The notes under the pieces were generated by a model. It saw only the letters and a program-made list of their open reading frames with translations. It made no database searches and was not told where the DNA came from. A stretch of 64,000 bases of DNA from Camelus ferus (Eukaryota): assembly GCF_009834535.1 (NCBI RefSeq), contig NC_045696.1, positions 113,460,001 through 113,524,000 on the forward strand, written 5' to 3'. Positions 38,655-51,500 of this stretch are shown here, piece by piece. Within the stretch, counting starts at the first letter, position 1; each line of letters opens with the position of its first letter. The position numbers and the translations under genes were made by a program.

Positions 38655-39135
38655 ATATATATTTTTTATGTTAAATTTTTAATTTTGAGATAATTGTAGA
38701 TTCACTTGCAATTTTAAGAAATAGTAGAGATCCCTTACCCAGCTTTCCCCAGTGCTAACACAGTGCAGAACCGTAGTAGAGTAACACAAGCGAGATACTG
38801 ACACGCGTGCAGTCAGGAACGTGGCCGTCGCTACAGGGACCCCTCATGTTACCTCTTATGGCCGCGCGTTTCCCTCCCATCCCTCCTCCCTCCTTAGCCG
38901 TTGGCAAACACTGATCTGTCCTCCATTTCTGTGACCTTGTCACTTCAAGAGTGGTAACATAAATGGAACCACACAGTCTGTAACCTTTTGGTGTCAGCTT
39001 TTTTCCTTCGGAGAGTCATCCAGGTGGTTGTGTGTATCCGTCATTCGCTCTTGTATGGCCGGCCGGTATTCCATGGTATGTATGTATGTACCAAAGTTTA
39101 TTTAACCATTCACCTGTTGAAGGACATCAGGGTTG
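38655..39135 (-). mobile_element. L1MB-like 3' end
   Basis: TTGAGATAATTGTAGATTCACTTGCA...TATTTAACCATTCACCTGTTGAAGGACAT. Confidence 0.8.
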
Positions 39136-39359
39136 TTGATATTTCACTTATTTTTATTATTTTGAATACTCACTTACTTTGTGAATAGATAACATTCATA
39201 AGGTTCAATCTTCAAAAGATATGAAAGGCAAGTAATGAATGCTCCCCTCCCCGCGTTTCCCATCTTCCCCACTGAGACAGAGAAGTGCTGTTCTTACCTT
39301 CTGGAGTAGCCTCTAGATTCCTTTCCTGCCCCCACAAAGTTGAAAGAATAGTTCAGTGA

Positions 39360-39500
39360 AACCCTCATATACGTGACACTTGAATCTTGGCTCTGCTTCT
39401 CACCCTTTCTGCCTCAGTTTCCTTATCTGTAGGACGAGGATGGTAGCAGTACCTTTCTCCCATGGTTGTTACGGGGATTTAAGCAGCACGTTCATTCAGC
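39360..39500. mobile_element. MIR fragment
   Basis: CTGCCTCAGTTTCCTTATCTGTAGGACGAGGATGGTAGCAGTACCT. Confidence 0.7.
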
Positions 39501-39929
39501 ATTGCCTGTTCTCGGTGAGGTGCAGGGAAGGCGGTGGGTAAGAGTCCCCACTCCCGTAAAGCTTCGGCCTGGGGGCGGGAGAGGGGAGGCAGTGAAGGGG
39601 GATGCTGTGTAGGAAAGGAAGCTGAGTGGGGTGGGGAGTGAGGGTACTGTTTTCTGTCCGGTGATCTGGGAAGGCCTCCCTGATAAGGTGACTAACAGAT
39701 CTGAAGGACATGAGGGAGAGAGCCATGCTGGTGTCTGGAGGGTGGAGGCACCAGCGGGCGCAGGGGGCGGCAGGAGCTTGTCATGTTGAGGGACGGCACC
39801 GAGGCCAGAATGGGCGGCCGGGGGGAGTGTGGTAGGAGGTGAGGGCGACACTTTGGACTGGAAGCAAAGGAATGACAGAATGACATGATGTAGCTTGGGT
39901 TGCACTTGTTTATTTTCATATTTGCTTTC

Positions 39930-40620
39930 TGAAAAAACAAATGGGTAATGTTTGCACATGATTCAAAAATTAAAATGTATAAAAAGACTCTGGTGAACTC
40001 CAGTTCTCACCCCTTAAGTTCCTGTACCTCAAGCATGCCTTTTTTATATTTTACCACTTCACTAGTTTAGGGGTGTCCTTCCAAAGTTTCTTTATATAAA
40101 TAGAAGCAAATAGAAATATATGTATCTTATTTTTCCCTCTTTGTTGTACCAAAGGTATAACATATTGTTCAGCACCCTGTATTTCTCATATAATATATCT
40201 TGGAGTCCTTTCCATAACAATACTCAGATGCCTTTTTTTACACTGATGCACAGTATTCATCATGTGGATAAAGATGTATGGTAACTTATTTAGCCAGTCC
40301 CAAATTGATGGACACTTAGGTTACCTCCAGCCATTATTATGAACTGTGCCGCAGTGAACAATCTTATGATTTATTATTCTGTACAATTTAGGGTAGTTGT
40401 AATTACATCAGTCAGCAGAGATGGGGTTCTTGAGTCAAGGATAAACATCTTACCAAGTTACCGCCCATAGGAATGGTATGAAAATGCCTGTGTCTTCAGT
40501 CTTAACAACGTGTGGTTAAATTTTTGGATTTTGTGACTCTTCTGGGTGAAACGGTATTTTAATAGTTTCACTTTCCTTGATATGAATGAAGTTGAGCATC
40601 TTCTGATTTGTTTTAAAACG
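39930..40620 (-). mobile_element. L1ME-like fragment
   Basis: TTTAGCCAGTCCCAAATTGATGGACACTTAGGTTAC...GAAGTTGAGCATCTT. Confidence 0.65.
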
Positions 40621-40629
40621 GTCACTTGG

Positions 40630-41900
40630 GATGCTGTGCTGACAGGAGACGGTGAGGAGGGGATGTGAGAAGCTCAGAGTTTAGCTGAAATGCTGTTGCC
40701 CCGGAGCACTGCAGCATTTACCAGTTGGAGAACTGAGGAGAAGCCAGCAAAGGAGTCTAAGAAGTGGCCAGTGAGGTAAGAGGGAAACCAAGAGGTAACG
40801 ATGCCCCAGAAGGCAAGTCTAGTCAGCACTTTAAAAGTAGGGAGTGCCCAAGCTACGTCAAGGCTGAAGATAGATCAGAAAAGCTGAGGATGAAGACGTG
40901 ACCAGCCTTAGGTAACTTGGAGATCTTAACAAGAACAGTTCTAGTAAACAGAGACCAGTTCTGTGGCCTGGATGTGAGAGAACTGAGCACTGAAAACTTA
41001 GCTCTTTCAAAGTGTTTTGAGTCACAGAGTGAATATATCGTCCCATAAAGGGGAATAGAGAGGAGCCGGAGAAGGATATGTGAAAAGGTTTTGTGTTTTA
41101 GATGAGAGAGATCATTGTGTTTGTGTGCGAACGGGAATGACTCAGTGGAGAAGAAACTTAACATGCAGGAGAGAAGGGATGACTGATGGAGTGATATCCG
41201 TGTCCAGGTTAAAGAGGATGGTTCCAGAGGAGGCACACATAGGCTTAGAAGACCATAGGGTTGTTCGATGTGGGTAGATGCATGGGGAACTTCCCCTTCT
41301 GATTGCTTCTGTATTCTTGCTGAAACAGTAAAGACGTTGGCTGAGGGGAAGGAGGGGGAAGGAAGATGAGATGCCGGAGGCTGGGGGAGGGCCCAGGTGG
41401 GATATGCTGTCTGGTTACAGAGGAAACGGAGGAAATGTGATGTGTTTGCTGGAGAACACCATCTCACTTCAGGCTGGCGGTACGAACTGGGACCAGCCAG
41501 CAGGGTTGCATTTTTCTTGAGCCACGGTCAGTAAATGGTGTGGGCAAAAAGCAAGGGTAAGAGTTAAACTTAACAAAGGGGTTTACCAGGTGAACACAAT
41601 GCAGTAATGAGGCAAGGGAATGAATTAAAAGGATCTAAGCTGGGTGAGGGACTGAGGACACGAGAGAGGTTGAAGGACAGTGATACGGGGAGTGGAGCCA
41701 GGGGATCGTGGGCCTTGGGGTGTTTAGAACTGGAAGGGAGAGGTCAGAGCCGGTTCCTGGAATTGAGATCAGAGGGGAGAGCAGGAACAATGGCAAGAGC
41801 TAGATGTGTTCATGGGAGTGAATGGCTGAGGTCAGGAGGATAATTAAGGTCTTTAGAGAAGAACTGAAAGCAAAGGTTACCGGAAGGGTCATCCATGTGG
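40630..41900 (-). mobile_element. Long LINE-2 fragment(s)
   Basis: GAGAAGCCAGCAAAGGAGTCTAAGAAGTGGCCAGTGAGGTAAGAGGGAAACCAAGAG, purine-rich antisense L2 pattern. Confidence 0.7.
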
Positions 41901-43110
41901 CCAGTGAAGTCACTAGGAATTACAGGAAAGGTAGCGTGTGGGCTGAGGAGCAGGTAGCAGGTGCCGTAGACCAGTAGCAGCCACCTTCAGTTTGAGGGTT
42001 TTCAGGGAGGGACGTGGTCGGAGGCAGCGCTGAGATGAGGACGACACCAGAGCTCCCCCAGCGCGCCGTGGGAGTACCGCAGTGCTGAGCCTCCTTCCAG
42101 GAGGCAAGAAGGGGGCGCAGAGCTGGGGGACGTAGGGAAGGGATTTTATTGAAGTCTAGGGGCAAAGTGGGACAGCTTCTGCAACTGGGGAAGTGAGGGA
42201 GAGGAAGGCTAGACTAGGAGATACACACAGGGATGAAAATCTGGGCGGGGAATGACAGGAGGGCTTCTGCTCAGAAATGGAGGATTATGAGATGTGCCGG
42301 GAAAGCGGAGCTCTGGGGCCTGCTCTCCCATCCTGCCAGGAAGGCAGGGCCTTAATTGGAGCACCGAGAGCTCAAGTTAAAGGCGGGAACACAGCAATGG
42401 CCCAGAGGCCCCTCTGACAACCCTTGCTGCCCTTCCTCCACTTTCCCATCATCTTAAGAGTCACTGTCTGAACATCTGGATGTCCCCTCCTCCCCTCCCC
42501 AGAGCTGTGACTGACGTGTTCTGGTCGGTGTGCGGTAAGCATTCCACTTTGAGTGAAGAATTGATTGCCTGGCATTTACTGTATAATGTTCCCGTTGGGT
42601 CATACATTCAACAAATACTTAGTGCTTGCATCAGGCACTTTTCTGTGATTGGGAATAATGTGAACAGAACAAAAATTCCTGTTCTTGTGGACTCAGGTCC
42701 CAGGGGTGCAGAACTCTCACAGCTCCGGGAGTCCCACTATGTTCTCAAGTACACACTGCAGATTTCCCAAACAACAGGTACAGCTGAACCGCGGTGCAGA
42801 CACATTGCAGTCAGGCCCTCATTGGTACCCTGGACGCTGATTTCCCCGCGTGTCTTCCACCCACACCTGCGACGAGTAACTTCACCTGTTGTTAATTTAA
42901 GATGTTTCATAGCAACCTGTGGAGCGCCTGCATTTTTAACAAAAAGGCACTGAGGAAGCAGTGAAGGGAATGTCCGACTACCATTCAGGTCACATCTGAG
43001 GGTCAGTTCCGATGAAGCAGTTTGTTAAACGAGACAGTTTTCTTTATTTCTCCATTTTGCCTAGGAACTGATGCTGGCAAAGTGTGATCTTTTATCCATT
43101 TTTCTTTCAG

Positions 43111-43353
43111 GTGGCAATTGTTGTATTAGGAAACAAAATTGACCTTTCTGAGCAGAGACAAGTGGATGCTGAAGTGGCCCAGCAATGGGCAAAGAGTGAG
43201 AAGGTGCGACTGTGGGAGGTGACGGTTACAGATCGGAGGACTCTGATTGAGCCGTTCACTCTGTTAGCCAGCAAACTCTCCCAGCCCCAGAGCAAGTCCA
43301 GCTTCCCTTTGCCTGGGCGGAAAAACAAAGGCAACTCTAGCTCTGAGAACTAA
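43111..43353 (+). CDS. NKIRAS1: NKIRAS1 last coding exon (243 nt)
   Basis: tttctttcag|GTG...[11 protein letters not shown]...GNSSSEN-TAA; 94+242+243=579 nt = 192 aa + stop; no CAAX box. Confidence 0.97.
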   Translation: MAIVVLGNKIDLSEQRQVDAEVAQQWAKSEKVRLWEVTVTDRRTLIEPFTLLASKLSQPQSKSSFPLPGRKNKGNSSSEN

Positions 43354-43638
43354 AAATTCATGACGCCACAACTGTTGGTTGTATACTGACTGCCTCTGGG
43401 TGTCCGTGAACGTACTTAACATAGGTCATTTGTACCTACCTGTGGTCCTTAGGAAAAACCCCAAGGCAGTAACTAATGTGCTTTCAGTTACAGTGAAGTT
43501 AGTGGGGCGAAGTTATTACTGCCCGATGTGAAGTGATATATTTGCGTTCTCATTGTTTAAAACTGGTCCCTGAAATTAGCGCCTTATTTATAATTATGTT
43601 GCACTTGTTATTTATATTTATGTTGCACTTGTCAAAAG

Positions 43639-43649
43639 AATAAAATAAA
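43639..43649 (+). terminator. NKIRAS1: NKIRAS1 poly(A) signal, overlapping double AATAAA
   Basis: AATAAAATAAA about 290 nt after the stop, followed by GT-rich sequence. Confidence 0.75.
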
Positions 43650-45029
43650 GTTTGAGTAGTATGCAAATATTCCTGTGGGTAGCTTCCCCTCCCCTTTAAC
43701 CTGTTTCAGAAGCTGTCATTCTGGGGTTAACTTTATGCAGACTTCTTAGCTCAAATGTAAGTTTCTTTCTTTCTTTTTTTTAAAGTTCACCAATCTTCTA
43801 ATGTCTAGGATTATAAAATGACATTTCTGTGTGTGTGTCCAAATCGGCACAGACAGCAAGCAACGTGGGTACTAATTTGACCTAAATTTTGTCTGGTAGA
43901 GATCATGCTAAATAGAACAAAACCTATGATTTAGCTTTGTTCAAATTATGTTTACCATGAGTTGAGTAGGTGGTATAACTACATTCAAACTGTTACTTCC
44001 TTCTTTAGAAAACTGCTAAGCACTTAAGGACAGTAAAGCTTCCACTTTCCACAAGTAACACAGTACCTTCTGGAATAGTTTTCAGATTAGATATCTGAGT
44101 TTGTGCCATGGTTCTCTGAACATGTTGGCAAGACCTGAGTAATGGAGCTAATTGTATTAAGCAAGTTGACAATATTGTAACTAATTGTAAAAGGAAGCAA
44201 GCTACTTAGTGGTTTTAACCACGAAAGTAGTTAACTATTTTAAGTGTAAAATATGACATAAGCAAATAGCATCTTGAATACTTACTAAGGCGAGGCTCAG
44301 TGACTTTAGACGCAGTTGGCTCAGTTCAGCAAGTCCCAGCCAGGAACTACTGCATACAGAAGGTCCAGAACTTACGTGGTGGCAGCACGAGCTGATGTAT
44401 AATTATATAAAATTTCTCATCACAAATACTGCCAGTCAGATATGGTTACATCTTCTCTCCCAGGTAATGCTGCTGAGTTTTTTTTTTCAAACACAGATGG
44501 GTACTTTTACAGTTATTTAAAAATAGGTAATATACTAGGCCCTGCAGTTTGCTCCTCGACTGAACATGGGTTAGATCTGTTAGTACAGAGCGACTGTATT
44601 CTTGGGACAGGCTTAGTGAAGGTGTACGTACCTTCACCCTGGGCCCCTGGGCGCGTTTCTCTGGAGAGGATGCGTACACCTAGGTACTGCCAAATTGGTC
44701 TCTAATTTGGCGTATTATTTATGAGCACCGATTTCTCCATGTACTTACCACCACAGCACCTGCAAGTTGGAAAATACTTTTAAGATGATGCAGTAGGCTT
44801 CTGTCTTTGAAAGACAGTGGGTTAATTATCTAACCTTTTCTAAGGCACCTCACACACAATCATGCGAGGATGTTGTATACAGTAACGTACCAAGCCTAAC
44901 ATGGGTGCTGGGTAAACAATACCAATGTCTTCAGTCTGCATTACTTCTAGGTAGTTTTAGTAGCAAAGATCTATCAGGAAAAAAGGAACTACAAAAAACA
45001 AAAAAGCAAAAGAAAGGAAATGAATACAG

Positions 45030-45725
45030 CGCTGTTAGGTGGTGGTTTTAATATTGTTTATTAGCACAGTAACAAATGCAGACTTAAGTAGTCCACAACA
45101 TATAACCAATCCACTGAGCAACGCCTACTCCACGCCTTACAGATAACAGCTTAAGGTATTTTACTACAGGTTTTCACAGGTCCTGATTCATATACCTCTA
45201 TCTTTTCACAATAAAGTAGACTGGCATATAAAATAAAATACATAACTACTCATTTCCTATATGGTGTCTTAGAGCCACGGGTCCATTTTTATATATATGA
45301 GATGACAATCTCTAAAAGCTGTTAAATATCAATATTCCCTTCCAAGAAGGGAAAACAAATTCCAATTTTTTCAAACAAAAAAGTATGTAGTCTTGGAAGG
45401 ACTTTACATAAATGGCCATGTGTGTAACCTGTACAAAATTAAGCTGTTTTCAATTTACAGACTACAAGCGACTGAACCCAAATGTCTATTCTTCTTTGTA
45501 CTCCATTTCAGCTAATACTGCAGAACTAATGACAGTTTTACNNNNNNNNNNNNNNNNNNNNNNNNNNNNNNNNNNNNNNNNNNNNNNNNNNNNNNNNNNN
45601 NNNNNNNNNNNNNNNNNNNNNNNNNNNNNNNNNNNNNNNNNNNNNNNNNNNNNNNNNNNNNNNNNNNNNNNNNNNNNNNNNTCATAAGCAGCTCTCTCTG
45701 TGACAGACAAATAACGTAAAGAATT
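45030..45725 (-). other. UBE2E1: UBE2E1 3'UTR
   Basis: AATTCTTTACGTTATTTGTCTGTCACAGAGAGAGCTGCTTATGA...GGTTACACACATGGCCATTTATGTAAAGTCC. Confidence 0.75.
45047..45062 (-). terminator. UBE2E1: UBE2E1 poly(A) signals AATAAA + ATTAAA
   Basis: Minus strand GCTAATAAACAATATTAAAACC at the end of a UTR that resembles human UBE2E1 3'UTR as recalled. Confidence 0.78.
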
Positions 45726-45873
45726 NNNNNNNNNNNNNNNNNNNNNNNNNNNNNNNNNNNNNNNNNNNNNNNNNNNNNNNNNNNNNNNNNNNNNNNNNNN
45801 NNNNNNNNNNNNNNNNNNNNNNNNNNNNNNNNNNNNNNNNNNNNNNNNNNNNNNNNNNNNNNNNNNNNNNNNN
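45726..45873 (-). CDS. UBE2E1: Inferred location of UBE2E1 final coding exon (about 98 coding nt), inside N gap
   Basis: Not visible. Gap is flanked by an intron-like pyrimidine tract upstream and 3'UTR downstream (minus sense). Coordinates are those of the gap. Confidence 0.5.
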
Positions 45874-46896
45874 AAAGAACATTTTAAGTTTTAGCAAATA
45901 AGTTAGTGACAGCTTGGGAAGAAATGTACGAAGTAGTTGTGATCAAACCACTCCACCATTCTGGAGACTTTTTCCTTCTAGCCTTCAAAAAACCCAGCAT
46001 GCACACAGTGGGGAAATTCTCATCCAAACAGAAGGCACAAGCTTTAGTGCTGGTCTGGCTTGATCCTCATTTCTCTCGCAGCAAACACCACCCCTTGGAG
46101 GGTTTCTGGCTCTTCTGTGTTAGGGTGTGCAGTGTTCGGCCCTAGACTACAGTGAACATCCCAGCTATGTTCTGACCTTTTGTTCAATGGCACCAATAAA
46201 CACATGACACTAAAAATCGTCAAGTCCTCAGGTCAGGGCTGTTGCAGTGCAATACCATTTACCTCCTCACTGTTTACCCAGAAAGAGCCAAATCTGCCAG
46301 GTGAAAACCTGTACTTCTGATTAAGTACAGTGTTTCCCTGAAACCTAAATAGAATCTTTAATAATTAAATTTACGTCTGATTTATCTAGAAAAAAATTTC
46401 AATACGAGGAAATTAAGCGCCCGCCACAAACCACAGTCTGGTAAACACCAAGTATACAGCAGAGAAACACCCCTTTCAAAGTGGACCACCACCCAGGAAG
46501 CAGCCATGGGGCCAGAGCTGGGTGGACCTGAAGGCAGAGGTGAGGTCAGAGGCAGATGACTCAACATGTACAAGAGTGGTTCTGGAGAACTGTACAGGAA
46601 ATATGCAAAAGGTGAAAAAAATAAAGGAGAATGATTGAAAATGTAAAAACCTAAAGCAGCCTTACGTAAGTCTTCAGTTTATAACAGCTTGTTCCCAGAA
46701 TGTATCAATGGTGAACCTGTGAATCAATGGTTGCGTCTTTCAACCAGTAGACTGAGTTCTTAATAAGCACTTTCTTCAAAAAGCAACTGGCTTTGGCCTT
46801 TGAAAGCTCGTACAAAAATAAAATCTGAGCTGTATCTTTAGAAAATCTTAGTTTAAGTAGAAAGTATTTTCCAGGTGAGGAGGAATAAAACAAGGC

Positions 46897-47076
46897 NNNN
46901 NNNNNNNNNNNNNNNNNNNNNNNNNNNNNNNNNNNNNNNNNNNNNNNNNNNNNNNNNNNNNNNNNNNNNNNNNNNNNNNNNNNNNNNNNNNNNNNNNNNN
47001 NNNNNNNNNNNNNNNNNNNNNNNNNNNNNNNNNNNNNNNNNNNNNNNNNNNNNNNNNNNNNNNNNNNNNNNNNNNN
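46897..47076 (-). CDS. UBE2E1: Inferred location of UBE2E1 catalytic-Cys exon (about 148 nt), inside N gap
   Basis: Not visible. The VTFRTRIYHCNIN..CLDILK exon is found nowhere else between 48385 and the 3'UTR, and the 180-nt gap can hold it. Confidence 0.5.
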
Positions 47077-48321
47077 TGTTAAAATTTTAAACAGCAAACA
47101 GTGAAACTTTTTACTAAATCATCTTTTCAATTAAGTGGCCCTAATTAAAACTTCTAAAGAAAGTTTTTAAAAAGAAATACAATAACAGTTTAACCAAGGC
47201 TAATAAGAGACTACTTAATAAAACTGAGATGAGAGAATTCACTGATACAATCTCAGGGATTTTCAATTTCATTTAAAAAGTAATAATAGTCTGCCAACAA
47301 AAAGCAAGGTAACTTCAGTATGTCTTGAATTCATCTTTAGCAGTTTTAATGTTTTAAATACTTTTCTGACGTTTCCGTTTGAATAACTAATTGTTTGCTG
47401 ACCTCTTGTGTTGGCTGCTAGTACTACACGGCTTCCCAGCAAGCTTTAGAGTCGTAATTCAGAGGTACAACATAGTGGATACACAAAGACAAAGTGCTTA
47501 GCAAACAATGATCACACACCCAAAAATCTGAAAATTATGTTTGAAGATGAGATTTGTTTCTAACCTTTCTATCAGATCCTGCCCACCTAAACCGCAGGAT
47601 TCGTTTTAACAGTCTCCGCAGGGTGAGGAGCCAGAAAAGGGTGAGGACCACAGCAGCAGATCAATCAGCGCCAGGTCACAAGAGCCAGGGTTATTTTGGT
47701 TAATCTGCTAATTTTTACTTGTGAAACATACTGAATCATTCCAAAGTAAAAATAACCTAAAACTTTACCACCTTTTTTTTTTTTAAATGACAGACTTTCA
47801 ATCACTTCTTGCAGCTGCTGTTGTACCTTTACTTAGCAGTCTACCCCATCCCTAAGAAGAGGTTTTCCCTCAGACTGTGTGAATGGAAAACCCACAGACT
47901 GTTGAGTGTCACAGGAGACAGGTGATCTGAGCAGTCCCCACCCATCCTTGATGAGAAAAACCAGAGCCTGGAGGTGAGGATCTACACTCGACCAAAGGAT
48001 GACAGGGAGCAGAACCCAAGGCTTTGGTAGGAGATTCTGACTCTCTAATTGTTTTAGTGCATAGATATTTTGACACCATTTCTATCTGTTCAAAAACTTG
48101 TCCCGTCAAGTGGGAAACGGGGCATTTACGGGTTGCGGACTGTTACTGTACATAGCAGGACTTTACGCCCCATCAAAACAAAGCACTGACTCTTAGAAAC
48201 GGCCCCTGCCAAATGAGGCAAAGTCACCCCAAAGAAGCGTTTTGTACCTGTTCAAATGTACTTAGAGATTTGTTAAGATATAACAGAAATCTATTTTTTT
48301 GTGATTAAAAACTCAGTTTTA

Positions 48322-48567
<246 letters not shown>

Positions 48568-51500
48568 TTACAGTGTGTCAAGAAAAAAGGAGGGGGCGGA
48601 GATCACCTCTTCTCCCTTTTTGTTTAATGTGTGGATTTTCTCCATGAAACACCAGTACCTTTCAGACTCTGACACAGGCTCCAATGACCCACTGGCCTTT
48701 AGGTCAAGTAAATGGTAAAAGAATGTTGAAACCATTCTAAGCCGACTTAGCTGTGAAGAAGTAGGAAATCCCCTCAGTTCTCAAACCCTCCTCTTGACAC
48801 ATAAGAAAATGCAAACAATACTTTCCAAAAAAGGAAACACCACTCAGCACACAGAATTACATTAACATAAATTAGTGACAAATTTTTGTTCACAGCTACG
48901 TCATTTCTGACTGACTGGGGCTCTCCCTCCTTATTCTCGTTTCTCCATAATTTTACCCTAAAAGGAGTCCAACAGATTGCAATTCTCTTTACAGTGTAAA
49001 CCACACTGGGTGGGAGAAGGATGACAGGTATCCAGTGATTCAATTTTCGTTCCGGTATATGTTGAATCCTGTATCAGGTTCTCTATGGATTAGTTGGGAC
49101 GTTTATCTATCCGTTGCCTGTTAGATCCCTGTCATTTACACTTAGTTACGCAGCAGTGGCCACAGAGACCGTTCTGGAGCATCGTGCTGTCTTACAGAGT
49201 TCTCTGTATTCAAGCATATTAATAGACAAAAATATAAAAATATGGACCCTCCAACTCCAAGGCCTGTCAAAGCAACTTAAGTGCAATACTCTGATACTGA
49301 GAGGAGAGAAAAAGACAAGTTTGGGAAAGGGTATTAGTTATTCATTTAGAAAGATCTGCCCCCAGCAGGGTGATAACATGGGTGGTGGAGTCAAGTGTTC
49401 AGTTATGCATTTTCACATTTCTCAAACCTAACTAACCATTCACAGCTGCTTCAAGGGTAACAATGTGTGTGAGCCAAACAAGAAGTCCTCACTTGGAGAG
49501 ATTTGTACGTCCCAGTCAACATACAGAATAATTTCTACAGAGCAGGCCAAACTCTTAAATAAATGTATGGTGTGAACTGGCTTCATTCACTCAGACACTC
49601 ACTGATGGCCCGGCTTCCATAACGAACAAGATGATAACTCTGTCTTCAATGTGTCCCTCTGCTAACCGGTTATACATGAAGTTCAATTCCTTCATTTAAG
49701 AGAAAGAGAAGATGAAGAGGAAGGGAGGGGGTAAAAAAAAAAAACAACCTAACCTCTAGCCCTATACTTTCCTCAAACCCATCAACGGTTTTTTTCCCTT
49801 TCAGTCTGAAATTTTGAGTGGAAGGAACAACAGGAACATATAGCTGAGGGGAGTGAGCTCTCAAAAGAAAACCAGAAGAAAGAAAGTTGGGGAGGAAAAA
49901 CATGGTGTGGCAACAAAGGAGGGAGAAAAGAAGGCAAAGAACAGGGGCCGGTGGGGAATGTTAGGGCCCAGACTGGTCAGGGGGCAGAAGGATTTCAGAT
50001 GCTGCCCTGAGCGAGCACTTACTAGCTGTGTGGCCTTGAGCAAGTCATCAGCGTAAACCACCCACCTCTCAGGAACGTTTTGAGAATTAAAATAATACAA
50101 CAGACCCACGGTAATCTCATTAAACGGTAGTGGTCACCAATAATTATTCCCACTGGCTCAAACAGTATTGTCCCTTAGTATCTCCTTGTGATGGGAATTC
50201 CCAAGAAGTATTAAAAACCTGTTTTACATGTATGTAAAGAGAGAGAGATCATTTAATTCACACTGTCTCGAATATTAAGTCATGCAGCAGAGACCATCTG
50301 AGTTTAAAAAAAAAAAAAAGGATGACTTCGGTTTTGCGTGACATCTGACCATAGTTTTCATACGGTGGGATGTAGGGAGAGCTCTTCATCAGCCCTCTCC
50401 CTCTAAAGACATGCAGTGAACCCTCTAGAGAAAGGGTACTGCTGATTTCTGATTGTCTTGAGGTTAGAACTGGTCCTTGGGCATCTTAAGTCTGCCTACA
50501 TGTTTGCATCCAGCAGTGTGCTTGGGCAGGAAGTCTAAAGACACCGGCTGATACAGCTATGATACCTTCTACCAGACTGGAGATAGCTGAAAAGTGACTA
50601 GGCAGATGAAGAAGACACTAACACAGAGGCTGCAGATAAAAAGACAAACTCTTCTCTTGTATCTAATTCCTGGTACCTAAGACTTAAATGCAAAAAGGCT
50701 GTCATTTACTCTAAATCCCTCTTTTCACAGGTGAGGAACCAAGGCCAAGAGAAGCAGCAAGGGCATCTAAAACATGCATCAGCAGCCATACTGTCTCCCT
50801 CACAGTTGCGTGGTGATGCTGAGAGCCCCCACCCCCATGCTGCAAAGTAACAGCACAGCCAGTCTAGCCCTGGAGGTGACATGTTGGCATGGGCCCAATT
50901 CTGCTGACCCTTGGTGCAGGAAAAAGATAAAAGAAGATCAAAGGTTTAACAGCATACCACTACAGATTTTATGGATTGTACAAAAAACTGGTGGTTTCCA
51001 AATTTCATTAGGTTCATCAAAATAATCTATGGAACTTTAAAAATTAAATACTTCCTGAACCTTTCATCTTAGGCCTGCTGAATTTAGACTATCCAGAAGG
51101 GGACCCAAGAATCCGTATGTTTAAAAAGTTCCTCTGGTGACTTTAAGCAGGTGGTTTGCATTCAGGAAGCACCTGAACAGGTTGCAGGAAGCAGGACGGC
51201 CAGTTTGGAACATAAGCATTAACATTTTACAGCGTGTCCCCTGCGATGTAACTAGACGTCAAGTCAAGATCACTACTTGTCTGCAATCAGCTTTAGTCCT
51301 AGTGTAAACTTTTCTGAAAGTTCAGATAGAAGTGTGGAGAATGCGAGTTCAAGAATCAAGTATGCAACATAAACATAACTTAAACTTCAAAAATGGAGAA
51401 TGAATCTGGGGTATATGTAAGAAAAATAATACTAAGTGGAGTAGAATCAAATGTAGTTGAAATCATACAGCATAAAACAGGAGCTTTTGTCAAAGACTCA

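Noticed and set aside
40853-41467. 204-aa minus-strand ORF
   Set aside because: Lies in LINE-2 remnant sequence with no recognisable intact RT motifs.
42105-42118. CAAGAAGGGGGCGC as a CTCF site
   Set aside because: Mismatches at two conserved motif positions and likely in repeat-derived sequence.
36596-43888. Two perfect ROREs (TATGTAGGTCA 36596-36606; AATTTAGGTCA minus 43888-43878)
   Set aside because: About one to two are expected by chance in 64 kb on two strands (rough estimate), one lies in an old repeat, and both are far from NR1D2.
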